NCBI GenBank assembly: GCA_040219175.1
Contig: JAVJSY010000090.1
Span: 19,386 to 83,385, forward strand
From: Kiloniellales bacterium
GTDB taxonomy: Bacteria > Pseudomonadota > Alphaproteobacteria > Kiloniellales > JACOMY01
Reading direction: 5' to 3'
DNA length: 64,000 bases
Below, one piece after another: positions 1 through 8,229 of this stretch. The notes under the pieces are model-generated. The model saw only the letters and a list, made by a program, of their open reading frames with translations. It made no database searches and was not told the origin of the DNA. Made by a program: the position numbers and the translations under genes. Numbering within the stretch: the first letter of the stretch is position 1; each line of letters begins with the position of its first letter.

Positions 1-16
1 GTCATGGCATCCCCCA

Positions 17-781
17 TCAATGAAAGCTCCGCCCGCCGTCGACCGCCAGAGCCGTGCCGGTCACCATGGCTGACTCGGCAGAGCTCAGGTAGAGCGCGGC
101 GTTTGCGATATCGTCCGGCTTGCCGATCCGTCGGATCAGATAGCGATCCAGAATAGACTCCAGTTCCGCGTCTGCATCGGCGGCCCCCTCCAGCGACTGG
201 CGGAAAAGCGGTGTCTCGATGATACCGGGACAGATGGCGTTGACCCGGATCTCGAAACGCGCCAGGTCGACCGCGAGCGCCTTGGCAAACATGACAAGAC
301 CCGCTTTCGAGGCGCAGTAGGCCGTCCGCGCCGCCAGCGGGCGCAAGGCTGCACCGGAAGCGATTTGGACGATGGTGCCGCCCCCGGCCGCGCGCAGGTG
401 GGGCACGGCGGCCGATGTCAGGCTGAAAGCGCCGGTCAGATTGGTGTCGAGGATCGCCCGCCACTCGGCGATGCCCATCTCTTCGAAAGGCTTCAGCAAA
501 TCGATGCCGGCCGCACCGATCAGGCCGTCCAGACCGCCGAGCGCTGCCGCAGCCTCCTCCACGGCGTCGCGCACGCGGTCATCGTTCGTAAGATCGGCCC
601 TGCACGCGACGACGGGCAGTCCGCCGAGCGCTCCCAGCTCACCGGAGACCTCGGCAAGCGCAGCCTCGTCACGATCCAACAGTCCGACCGCAGCACCCTC
701 GCTGTGGAAGAGGGCCGCCGTCGCGCGCCCGATGCCGGACGCAGCGCCCGAGATCAGAATGCGCCGCCCGCTCAATCGCAT
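17..781 (-). CDS. Short-chain dehydrogenase/reductase (classical SDR)
   Basis: 254-aa ORF. Rossmann motif ISGAASGIGRA, catalytic YCASKAG, and NAICPG motif. Confidence 0.85.
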   Translation of the reverse strand: MRLSGRRILISGAASGIGRATAALFHSEGAAVGLLDRDEAALAEVSGELGALGGLPVVACRADLTNDDRVRDAVEEAAAALGGLDGLIGAAGIDLLKPFEEMGIAEWRAILDTNLTGAFSLTSAAVPHLRAAGGGTIVQIASGAALRPLAARTAYCASKAGLVMFAKALAVDLARFEIRVNAICPGIIETPLFRQSLEGAADADAELESILDRYLIRRIGKPDDIANAALYLSSAESAMVTGTALAVDGGRSFH

Positions 782-848
782 GACAAAAAAGGCCGACGCA
801 GAAAGAAGACTCTAGGTGGCATGGAACGAACCTCCGGATAGGCAAACG

Positions 849-1667
849 TCAGGCAAAGCGGTGAAAGCCGACCCAGCGCTCGGCAAGGACAAGGGCCAGG
901 CCGGTGGCCATGATCAGCATGGTCGAGATGGCGGCAATGCCGGGATCGATGCCGTGCTCGACGGCGGTGAAGATCTTCACCGGCAGGGTCGTTTGCCGCA
1001 CGCTCACCAGGAAGATCGAGACCGGCACATTGTCGAAAGAGACGATGAAGGAGAAGATGCCGCCCGCGACCAGCCCCGGCCGGATCAGCGGCAGGGTGGT
1101 CTTGGCAAAGGCCGTCCAGGCATTGGCGCCAAGGGTCCGCGCGGCCTCTTCCAAGGCGGGGTCGGAGCCGGCGATGCTGGCCAGCACGCTGCGCACGACA
1201 TAGGGCAAGGTGATCAGGACATGCGCCACCGCCAGCGCGCCGAAACTGCCGCGCACCCCGACCAGGGTGTAGTATTGCAGCAGCGCCACGGCGACGACAA
1301 CGGCCGGAAAGACCAAGGGGGCCATCAGCGCCGTGGAGATCGCCTCGGATCCCGGTACCTTGCGGCGGATCAGGGCATAGGCGGCGGCGGTTCCCAGGGC
1401 CAAGGAGAACAAGGTGGCCGCACAGGCAAGCGCCAGGCTGAAGAGAATGGCGTCTATGTAGGACTCGTCGCCCAGCACGTCCCAATACCACTCCAGGGTC
1501 AGCCCGACCGGCGGCACGGTGAGGTAGGAGGTGGTGGTGAGCGAGGCCAGCACGATGACGACGACCGGGATCTGCAGGAACAGCAGCACCAAGGCCGCGT
1601 AGAGCGGGAGCGCCGAGCCGGAGAGGCGTCGCGCGATGCGATGGCGTAGCGGCGGTTTTGCGATCAT
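849..1667 (-). CDS. ABC transporter permease (PotC-like)
   Basis: Multi-TM ORF with EAA loop LEEAARTLGANAWTAFAKTTLPLIRPG. I chose the ATG at 1667 because it overlaps the upstream stop (ATGA, 1664-1667). The track ORF extends to 1709. Confidence 0.85.
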   Translation of the reverse strand: MIAKPPLRHRIARRLSGSALPLYAALVLLFLQIPVVVIVLASLTTTSYLTVPPVGLTLEWYWDVLGDESYIDAILFSLALACAATLFSLALGTAAAYALIRRKVPGSEAISTALMAPLVFPAVVVAVALLQYYTLVGVRGSFGALAVAHVLITLPYVVRSVLASIAGSDPALEEAARTLGANAWTAFAKTTLPLIRPGLVAGGIFSFIVSFDNVPVSIFLVSVRQTTLPVKIFTAVEHGIDPGIAAISTMLIMATGLALVLAERWVGFHRFA

Positions 1668-2530
1668 CGGATCGTCGCGAAGTATTTGGCGAGCCGCCCG
1701 GCCAGCCACACCAGCAGCAGCACGATGGCGGTCAGGATGAAGGCCATGGCCGCGCCGCGCGGCCAGTTCAGGCTCTTCAGGAACTCGTCGAAGATCAGGG
1801 TCGACATGACCTGATAGGTCGGCCCGCCCAGCAGCCTGGGCGTCACCAGCGCGCTGATCGTCAGCATGAAGACCAGGATGCTGCCCGAGAGAATGCCGGA
1901 GAGGCTGAGCGGCAGGGTCACCTTGGTGAAGACCTCCAGCCGTGTCGCGCCCAGGGTCTTGGCCGCCCCTTCCAGATCGCGCGGGATGTTCTGGATGGTG
2001 CCGATCAGCACCAGCACCATGAAGGGCAGGAAGATGTGGCTGAGCCCGATCAAGAGGCCGGTGAAGTTGAACAACAGCTGGATCGGCTTCTCGATCAGAT
2101 CGAGCGCGATCAGCCAGTCATTGATCAGCCCGCGCCTGGTCAAAAGCACGATCCAGCCGAAGGAGCGCACGACCAGGTTCAAGAGCAGCGGGAAGACGAC
2201 GAGGATGATCAGCCAGGGCCGCAGGCGAGATTGCGTGCGCGCCAGGAAATAGGCGAGCGGATAGCCCACCACCAGGGTGGCCGCGACCACGATCAGCCCC
2301 AGCGCCAGGGTACGCCCGATGATCTCCAGGTAGAAGCCGTCGCCCAGGATGTGGGTGTAGTTCTCCAGGGTCCAGCTGGTGCCGATCCCCTGCCCCGGCA
2401 CATAGGGATGCAGGCTGGTGGGAACCAGAAACAGCAAGGGGGCCACGAAGACCGCCAGCAGCACAAGCAGCGCCGGCGACAGCAGTCCGTAGCCGGAGCG
2501 ATCGAGCCAGCGGGTTGCTCTTCCCGTCAT
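1664..2530 (-). CDS. ABC transporter permease (PotB-like)
   Basis: 288-aa multi-TM ORF with EAA loop LEGAAKTLGATRLEVFTKVTLPLSLSG. Lies 10 nt downstream of the ATPase stop. Confidence 0.85.
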   Translation of the reverse strand: MTGRATRWLDRSGYGLLSPALLVLLAVFVAPLLFLVPTSLHPYVPGQGIGTSWTLENYTHILGDGFYLEIIGRTLALGLIVVAATLVVGYPLAYFLARTQSRLRPWLIILVVFPLLLNLVVRSFGWIVLLTRRGLINDWLIALDLIEKPIQLLFNFTGLLIGLSHIFLPFMVLVLIGTIQNIPRDLEGAAKTLGATRLEVFTKVTLPLSLSGILSGSILVFMLTISALVTPRLLGGPTYQVMSTLIFDEFLKSLNWPRGAAMAFILTAIVLLLVWLAGRLAKYFATIR

Positions 2531-2540
2531 GCCGCGCTGC

Positions 2541-3617
2541 TCACGATCGGGACATCACGATGACGTCGGCCGGGTCGATAGCGATCCGCACCGGGGTTCC
2601 CGCGGTCGGCAGCGCACCGCCGCGTCCGACGCGCGTCTCGGCATTCAACTCGATGCCGCCCGGCAGGCGGACGACGAACTGTGCCGTGGAGCCGGCGAAG
2701 GACACCATCTCCAGCCTGCCCAGGACTCCCTCGTCCGCTGCTTGGTCAGCCGCGAGCAGCTTCACGCTCTCCTGGCGAATGGTGACATGGACCGGGTCGC
2801 CGGCCTTGGCGCCTAGGGGCAGATGCGTCGTCGCGAAGACCACCCCCTCGGCAAGCGCGACCGTCGCCGGATCGCCGGCCTGGGCCACCTTGGCATCGAA
2901 ACCGTTCGAGCGGCCAAAGAACTCGGCAACGAAGGGAGTTGCCGGATTGTCGTAGATCTCTCGTGGGGTGCCGTACTGCTGCAGCAGCCCGGAAGAGAGG
3001 ACGCAGATTCGATCCGACATCGTCAGCGCTTCCTCCTGGTCGTGCGTGACGAAGACGGTGGTGATCGAGAGCTCCTGCTGCAGACGCCTCAATTCGAAGC
3101 GCATGACATCGCGCAGTTTGGCGTCGAGGTTGCTGAGCGGTTGGACCAGCAGCAGGAATGCCGGCTGGGGGGTGATTGCCCGCGCCAGCGCGACGCGCTG
3201 CTGCTGCCCGCCGGAAAGTTCACGCGGCAGGCGGCGCTCCAGCCCGCCCAGGCGGACCAGTTCCAAGGCCTCGCCGACCCGCTTGCGGATCGCCGCCTCT
3301 TCGACCCGCCGTCGGCGCAGGCCGAAGGCGACATTCTCGAAGACGCTCATGTGCGGGAAGAGGGCATAGGATTGGAAGACCAGGCCGATGTTGCGCTTGT
3401 TCGGCGGCAACCAGGTGACCTCCCGGCCACCGACCCGAATGACGCCGGCATCGGGCTCCAGCAAGCCGGCGACCATACGCAGGATCGTACTCTTGCCGCA
3501 GCCCGAGGGACCCAAGAGCGAGACGAAATCGCCCTGCTCGACCTCGAGCGCAAAGGCATCGACCGCCCGGACCGTGCCGAACTGCTTTGTCAGATTGCTG
3601 ACTTCTAAGGTTGCCAT
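2541..3617 (-). CDS. ABC transporter ATP-binding protein (PotA-like) with degenerate Walker B
   Basis: Start is the ATG at 3617 (MATLEVSNLTKQF). The upstream 84 codons of the track ORF are Arg/Pro-rich read-through. Walker A GPSGCGKST, Q-loop VFQSYALFPHM, signature LSGGQQQRVALARA and H-loop FVTHDQ are all present. Walker B reads FLLLVQP instead of hhhhDE. Confidence 0.85.
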   Translation of the reverse strand: MATLEVSNLTKQFGTVRAVDAFALEVEQGDFVSLLGPSGCGKSTILRMVAGLLEPDAGVIRVGGREVTWLPPNKRNIGLVFQSYALFPHMSVFENVAFGLRRRRVEEAAIRKRVGEALELVRLGGLERRLPRELSGGQQQRVALARAITPQPAFLLLVQPLSNLDAKLRDVMRFELRRLQQELSITTVFVTHDQEEALTMSDRICVLSSGLLQQYGTPREIYDNPATPFVAEFFGRSNGFDAKVAQAGDPATVALAEGVVFATTHLPLGAKAGDPVHVTIRQESVKLLAADQAADEGVLGRLEMVSFAGSTAQFVVRLPGGIELNAETRVGRGGALPTAGTPVRIAIDPADVIVMSRS

Positions 3618-3633
3618 GCTCTCACCGCCAAAG

Positions 3634-3657
3634 GGTGGCGGCGTGCAAGCCGCCACC
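3634..3657 (-). promoter_or_regulatory. Intercistronic GC-rich stem-loop between the SBP and ATPase genes
   Basis: ggtggcggc-gtgcaa-gccgccacc: 9-bp perfect stem with a 6-nt loop. It sits in the 71-nt gap between the SBP stop (3689) and the ATPase start (3617). Confidence 0.45.
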
Positions 3658-3688
3658 GCTCTGTGGAAGGGGACAGGGGGGTGACGGC

Positions 3689-4729
3689 CTAGCGCGCCAC
3701 TTCCTTCTGCCAACGCTCGGTCCAGCCCGGACGCAGCTTGGAGACCGCGTCGGTGTCGGGGTACCAGAGATTGTCGTAGCTTTCGCCGAAGGGGACGATC
3801 GCCTTGACCTTGTCGCTGAGGTCGACCTTGGTGTTCACCGGGCCGGCGTACTTCTTTTCGGCGAAGCACTTCTGGCCCTCCGGCGACAGCAGCACGTCGA
3901 TGAAGGCCATCGCCAGCTCCTGGTTCTTGGCGTCCTTGGGCACGACCACGGTCGGCTGGATGCCGACAGCACCCTCCTTGGGATAGGCCACGGCCACGGG
4001 CACGCCCTTGTCTGCGGCAGAGCCGATGCGGTCGGGATACCAGGGCGCCATCACGATCTCGCCACGCTCGAAAAGCTGCACCAGCTGATCGGCCTGGGTA
4101 TAGAGCATCACCACGTTCGGCATCAGGCCCTCGATCGCCTCGAAGCCGGCATCCTGGCTCTCGAAGTCGCCGCCCTTCATCTTGTTGACCGCGACCAGGA
4201 AATGCATGCCCGAGGTGCCGGTGATGTCGCCCAGCGCGATCTTCTCGGCGTACTTCGGATCGAAGAGATCGTTCCAGGAGGTCGGCGGCGTATCGATCTC
4301 GTTGGGATTGTAGGCAATTACCGTCGCCGCGGTCATGAAGTTGACGAACTGGTTGTCCGCATCGAAGGCCTGCTTGGCCACGTCGTCATAGTTGGAGAGG
4401 CTGGCGAAATCGACCGTCTCCAGCAGTCCCTCACTCTTCATCTGTTTGGCAATGGAGATGTCCATATAGGCAACGTCGATCTCCGGATCGCCGGCGGTCG
4501 CGCGAATCTTGGCGGCATTGTCGACGGAACTGCCGAAGGTCACGATGGCCTCCGCGCCGGTCGCCTTCTCGAAGACCTCGACATGGCAGGTCTTGGTGTC
4601 GTCGCCGAAGGAGCCGCCGAAAGTCGAGATGACCAGTTCGCCGTCCGCCTGTGCGGATCCGGCAGCGCCGGCGATTGCCAGGATCGCTGCCCCGGCCAGG
4701 CTGGCCTTGAGGTACCCTATCGTTTTCAT
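3689..4729 (-). CDS. Periplasmic solute-binding protein, family 1 (PotD/PotF-like)
   Basis: Start is the ATG at 4729 (MKTIGYLKASLAGAAILAIAGAAGSAQA, a Sec signal peptide). Its ATG overlaps the stop of the preceding MarR-fragment ORF (ATGA). The rest of the 414-aa track ORF is read-through. Confidence 0.85.
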   Translation of the reverse strand: MKTIGYLKASLAGAAILAIAGAAGSAQADGELVISTFGGSFGDDTKTCHVEVFEKATGAEAIVTFGSSVDNAAKIRATAGDPEIDVAYMDISIAKQMKSEGLLETVDFASLSNYDDVAKQAFDADNQFVNFMTAATVIAYNPNEIDTPPTSWNDLFDPKYAEKIALGDITGTSGMHFLVAVNKMKGGDFESQDAGFEAIEGLMPNVVMLYTQADQLVQLFERGEIVMAPWYPDRIGSAADKGVPVAVAYPKEGAVGIQPTVVVPKDAKNQELAMAFIDVLLSPEGQKCFAEKKYAGPVNTKVDLSDKVKAIVPFGESYDNLWYPDTDAVSKLRPGWTERWQKEVAR

Positions 4730-4950
4730 TGGTGCTCTCCCTCTTCGTTGATGGTTACGGGTTCTTGGATGCGGCTCCTGGCGGCGGGTGGTGCCGGGCG
4801 CGGCTGCAGCGAGGCGGTCGGCGCACTGTTCGCCATCAGCATGCAGCTCAGCATGGCCGCAAGCTGCGACTGCTCGGCTTGCGTGAACATGGAGACCAGG
4901 GCGCGCTCCATTGCCGCCTGGTCCTGCATACAACGATCGGCAAGGTCCCG
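4635..4950. repeat. Direct repeat copy 1 (316 bp) of the MarR-3'/SBP-5' junction
   Basis: Aligns to 5238-5553 at a constant offset of 603 bp. My manual alignment gives 5 mismatches and no indels. Confidence 0.95.
4726..4950 (-). pseudogene. Duplicated C-terminal fragment of the MarR gene (no wHTH domain)
   Basis: Encodes ...LADRCMQDQAAMERALVSMFTQAEQSQLAAMLSCMLMANSAPTASLQPRPAPPAARSRIQEPVTINEEGEHQ. This is near-identical to the C-terminus of the intact MarR at 5329-5958. Confidence 0.8.
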
Positions 4951-5002
4951 GCGTGGAACCTGATGTTGACGAATTGCTCTCGCACGATCTCCCCCTTTCG
5001 CG

Positions 5003-5167
5003 CTATTCTTCCACGACCGCTTTGTGCGATCGCAGGGTGATGTCGTAGGGACCCACACAGGTGTTGCAGGCCTTCTGTGGGGTATTCCAGTAGGTGGCCT
5101 TGCACCCGCTGGCGGCGATCAGGATCACCAAAACGGCAGCCAGGACCCAGAGTGCGCGGGTCGGCAT
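5003..5167 (-). CDS. Hypothetical 54-aa lipoprotein-like ORF inside the unique insert
   Basis: MPTRALWVLAAVLVILIAASGCKATYWNTPQKACNTCVGPYDITLRSHKAVVEE. It has an n-region, a hydrophobic core and a lipobox-like AASGC. It is also in frame with the truncated SBP start at 5332, giving a 110-codon chimeric ORF. Confidence 0.4.
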   Translation of the reverse strand: MPTRALWVLAAVLVILIAASGCKATYWNTPQKACNTCVGPYDITLRSHKAVVEE

Positions 5168-5237
5168 CACTCGGAGACCCCGGGTACGCCGGCGCTGAAG
5201 GCCGGCACGTATCCCGCCTCTTGCACGGCCGTCTTCA

Positions 5238-5332
5238 AGTTCGCCGTCCGCCTGTGCGGATCCGGCAGCGCCGGCGATTGCCAGGATCGCTGCCCCGGCC
5301 AGGCTGGCCTTGAGGTACCCAATCGTTTTCAT
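5238..5332 (-). pseudogene. Truncated 5' fragment of the SBP gene (signal peptide only)
   Basis: MKTIGYLKASLAGAAILAIAGAAGSAQADGEL is identical to the N-terminus of the SBP at 3689-4729. It then diverges into insert sequence. Confidence 0.8.
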
Positions 5333-5553
5333 TGGTGCTCTCCCTCTTCGTTGATGGTCACGGGTTCTTGGATCCGGCTCCTGGCGGCGGGTGGTGCCGG
5401 GCGCGGCTGCAGCGAAGCGGTCGGCGCACTGTTCGCCATCAGCATGCGGCTCAGCATGGCCGCAAGCTGCGACTGCTCGGCTTGCGTGAACATGGAGACC
5501 AGGGCGCGCTCCATTGCCGCCTGGTCCTGCATACAACGATCGGCAAGCTCCCG
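5238..5553. repeat. Direct repeat copy 2 (316 bp)
   Basis: See copy 1. Contains the authentic MarR 3' end plus a truncated copy of the SBP signal-peptide region. Confidence 0.95.
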
Positions 5554-5958
5554 CCCTGCCGGGGTCAGCTCGACGATGACGCCACGCCCGTCCCTCGGAT
5601 CGGACAGACGGCGGATCCAGCCGATGCCTTCCAGCCGTCCCAACAGGTTGGAGGTACCGCCGGACGTCAGGAGCAAGGTTTCTCTCAGGCGGGACGGCGA
5701 CATGCGGAAGGGTGCACCGGCGGCCCGCAAGGTCGCCAGCACGGCGTAGGAGGGGTAGCGCAGACCATGGCGCTGCAGGGTTTCGTTCATGGCGCGCAGA
5801 ATGACCTCCTGCAACGCCAGGACACGGCCGACCACCGCCTTGCCGGAACAATCGATGTCCGGGCGCTCATGCCGCCACTGCGCCATCCCGCGCCCGACAA
5901 GATCGAACGCAGGGCTAATATCGCCTCCCAGCGCATGATCGCCCTCGTCTCCTTGCAC
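5329..5958 (-). CDS. MarR-family transcriptional regulator
   Basis: 209-aa ORF (GTG start at 5958; an alternative ATG gives MAQWRHERPDID). Paralogous to 12531-13085, sharing W/RxERPDIDCxGKAVxGRxL and TSGGTSNLLxRLE (wHTH). Confidence 0.85.
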   Translation of the reverse strand: MQGDEGDHALGGDISPAFDLVGRGMAQWRHERPDIDCSGKAVVGRVLALQEVILRAMNETLQRHGLRYPSYAVLATLRAAGAPFRMSPSRLRETLLLTSGGTSNLLGRLEGIGWIRRLSDPRDGRGVIVELTPAGRELADRCMQDQAAMERALVSMFTQAEQSQLAAMLSRMLMANSAPTASLQPRPAPPAARSRIQEPVTINEEGEHQ

Positions 5959-6007
5959 CCACGCACCTCCAGCCTCTTGCGATAACGAGGAGGAAAGTAG
6001 CTCATTT

Positions 6008-6035
6008 TTATCTTTTTCAAAAGGTATCTTTCGAC
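6008..6035. promoter_or_regulatory. AT-rich conserved box, site 1 (candidate MarR operator)
   Basis: ttatctttttcaaaaggtatctttcgac, 50-77 bp upstream of the MarR start. Matches 19 of 23 positions of site 2 (8119-8143) and shares the GAAAGATAC-N-GAAA(A)G architecture with site 3. Confidence 0.45.
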
Positions 6036-6068
6036 ACCCTGTCCAAGATCAGGGCCGAGGGCCGCTTC

Positions 6069-7055
6069 TCAGCCGGTCTCTTCCGGGTAGTGACAGGCGA
6101 TGAAATGGCCGGGCAGCAGTTCGCGAAAGTCGGGCACGGCCTGGCTGCACAGCGGGCTGCTTTTCGGGCAGCGGGTGCTGAAGACACAGCCCTTGGGCGG
6201 GTTTGCCGGGCTTGGGATATCGCCCTTGAGGATGACCCGTTGGCGGCTCTCTTCCAGCTCCGGGTCCGGCAGGGGAACGGCCGAGATCAGCGCCTGGGTA
6301 TAGGGATGGCGCGGCTGCTCGAGGATGGTCTTGGCGTCGGACAGCTCCATGATCTTGCCCAGATACATGACGGCGACGCGGTCGCTGATGTGGCCGACCA
6401 TGCTGAGGTCGTGGGCGATGAAGAGGTAGGCCACGCCGAGCCGTGCCTGCAGATCGACCAGCAGATTGACGATCTGTGCCTGGATCGAGACGTCGAGCGA
6501 GGCGATGGCCTCGTCGCAGACAATCAGGTCGGGTTCCAGCGCCAGGGCCCTGGCGATGCCGATCCGCTGGCGCTGGCCGCCGGAGAACTCGTGCGGGTAG
6601 CGGCTGGCGTGCGTTGGGTCCAGTCCGACCAGATCGAGCAGCCCGCTCACCCGCTGGCGCAGATCTGCGCGCGTGAGGCCGCCGCGCACCTCCAGCGGTT
6701 CGCCGACGATCTCACCCACCCGCATCCGTGGATTGAGGGCCGCATAAGGGTCCTGGAAGACCATCTGGACACGCTGCCGGGCCCGCTTCAGCGCGTCGCC
6801 TCTGAGGGCCAGAAAGTCGCTTCCTTCCAGCAGCACCTCGCCGGCCGTTGCGGCCTGCAGACCGACCAGGGTGCGCCCGACCGTGGTCTTGCCGCTGCCG
6901 CTCTCGCCGACCAGGCCCAGGGTCTCGCCCTTGGCGATGGAGAAGCTGACGCCATCGACGGCCTTGACGTCCCCGACCTTGCGCCCGAAGAGCCCCCCGC
7001 TGGTGACCGGGAAGTAGGTCTTGAGATCGCTGAGTTGGAGCAATGCCGGAGCCAT
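6069..7055 (-). CDS. Oligopeptide/dipeptide ABC transporter ATP-binding protein (OppF/DppF-like)
   Basis: Start is the ATG at 7055 ([17 protein letters not shown]). Walker [10 protein letters not shown], signature [14 protein letters not shown], Walker [13 protein letters not shown], and a C-terminal oligopeptide-type extension. Confidence 0.9.
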   Translation of the reverse strand: MAPALLQLSDLKTYFPVTSGGLFGRKVGDVKAVDGVSFSIAKGETLGLVGESGSGKTTVGRTLVGLQAATAGEVLLEGSDFLALRGDALKRARQRVQMVFQDPYAALNPRMRVGEIVGEPLEVRGGLTRADLRQRVSGLLDLVGLDPTHASRYPHEFSGGQRQRIGIARALALEPDLIVCDEAIASLDVSIQAQIVNLLVDLQARLGVAYLFIAHDLSMVGHISDRVAVMYLGKIMELSDAKTILEQPRHPYTQALISAVPLPDPELEESRQRVILKGDIPSPANPPKGCVFSTRCPKSSPLCSQAVPDFRELLPGHFIACHYPEETG

Positions 7056-7056
7056 C

Positions 7057-8046
7057 TCAGACCTCCGCAGCCAGCTCTTGCCAGCGCCAGCAGCGCACCT
7101 GACGCGCCGAGCCCTCGGGCAGCATCGACGGCGGCATCTCGGCAAGGCAGCGGCTCTCGGCAAGGGCACAGCGCGGCGCAAAGGGGCAGCCGCTCCCCAG
7201 TCCGCCCAGGTTCGGCGGCCGTCCCGGGATCGAGGAGAGCTTGCCGCTGGAGGGCCGATCCAAACGCGGCACCGATGCCAAGAGGCCCTTGGTATAGGGG
7301 TGATAGGGCTGGCGATAGATCTCGCGCACCGGACCGCTCTCGATCAGGCGGCCGGCATACATCACGTTCACCCGATGGGCCAAGCCGGCGACGATGCCCA
7401 AATCGTGGCTGATCCAGATGACCGTCAGCTGCAGTTCGCGGCGCAACTCTTTAATCAGTTCAACGATCTGGGCCTGGATGGTGACATCCAGGGCCGTCGT
7501 CGGCTCGTCGGCGATCAGCAGTTTCGGACCGCACGCCAAGGCCATCGCAATCATCACCCTTTGGCGCATACCGCCCGAAAGTGCGTGCGGATAGCTGCGC
7601 AGCCGCAAGTCCGGATCGGGAATTCCTACCAGATCCAACAACTCGGCAGAGCGCCGCCTGGCAGCGCCAGCCGTCATACCCAGGTGCGCGCGCAGAGTCT
7701 CTGCCAGCTGGAAGCCGATCGAGTAGACGGGATTGAGAGAAGAGATCGGATCCTGAAAGATCATGGCGATCTCCTTGCCGCGGACCCGGCGCATCTGCGG
7801 CTCCGGCAAGGACAGAAGGTCTTGGCCCTGAAAGCGCACCCTGCCAGCCACGATACGGCCGGGCGGTGTCGGCACCAAGCGCATGATCGAGAGCGCGTGC
7901 ACCGACTTGCCGGAGCCGCTCTCCCCGACCACACCCAGAACCTCGCCCTCATCCAGCCTGTAGGAGACGCCGTCGACGGCTTGCACAGGCCCGGTCTCCG
8001 CCTCGAAGCAGGTGGTGAGGTCCTCGACCTCCAAGAGTGCCGTCAT
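7057..8046 (-). CDS. Oligopeptide/dipeptide ABC transporter ATP-binding protein (OppD/DppD-like)
   Basis: 329 aa. Walker A GESGSGKS, signature [14 protein letters not shown], Walker [13 protein letters not shown]. Confidence 0.9.
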   Translation of the reverse strand: MTALLEVEDLTTCFEAETGPVQAVDGVSYRLDEGEVLGVVGESGSGKSVHALSIMRLVPTPPGRIVAGRVRFQGQDLLSLPEPQMRRVRGKEIAMIFQDPISSLNPVYSIGFQLAETLRAHLGMTAGAARRRSAELLDLVGIPDPDLRLRSYPHALSGGMRQRVMIAMALACGPKLLIADEPTTALDVTIQAQIVELIKELRRELQLTVIWISHDLGIVAGLAHRVNVMYAGRLIESGPVREIYRQPYHPYTKGLLASVPRLDRPSSGKLSSIPGRPPNLGGLGSGCPFAPRCALAESRCLAEMPPSMLPEGSARQVRCWRWQELAAEV

Positions 8047-8118
8047 CGATCCTCGCTAAGCTCTGTGGCTAGGGGGTGACCCGGCCTGCACCCCTGGCAA
8101 TGCTAGCTCTCGGCAGAT

Positions 8119-8143
8119 GCCTTTTCAAAAAGTATCTTTCATC
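8119..8143. promoter_or_regulatory. AT-rich conserved box, site 2
   Basis: gccttttcaaaaagtatctttcatc, in the divergent intergenic region between the ATPase start (8046) and the SBP start (8230). Confidence 0.45.
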
Positions 8144-8229
8144 AAACATACCTCTTGACCCCGATTTGAACCCTACGATAGCCTTCCTGCAGTCTCCGCC
8201 AGCCGCCTATCGGAAGAGGAACGTATGCC

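Noticed and set aside
3611-4963. Long antisense or off-frame ORFs throughout the track. Examples: 3611-4963(+) 450 aa, 816-1649(+), 1658-2563(+), 6090-7412(+), 8242-9471(-), 9692-10807(-), 24137-25522(-), 26206-27396(+), 32831-34504(+), 44129-45856(+), 49977-51440(+), 51536-52675(-), 53632-55128(+).
   Set aside because: Each lies opposite to, or out of frame with, an ORF that carries clear family motifs. Their translations are Arg/Gly/Ala/Pro/His-rich low-complexity strings typical of shadow ORFs in high-GC DNA. None shows a recognisable domain.
5003-5851. 282-aa track ORF spanning the marR region.
   Set aside because: It is out of frame with marR for most of its length and Arg/Pro-rich. Only its last 110 codons (the truncated SBP start plus the small lipoprotein-like ORF) are interpretable.
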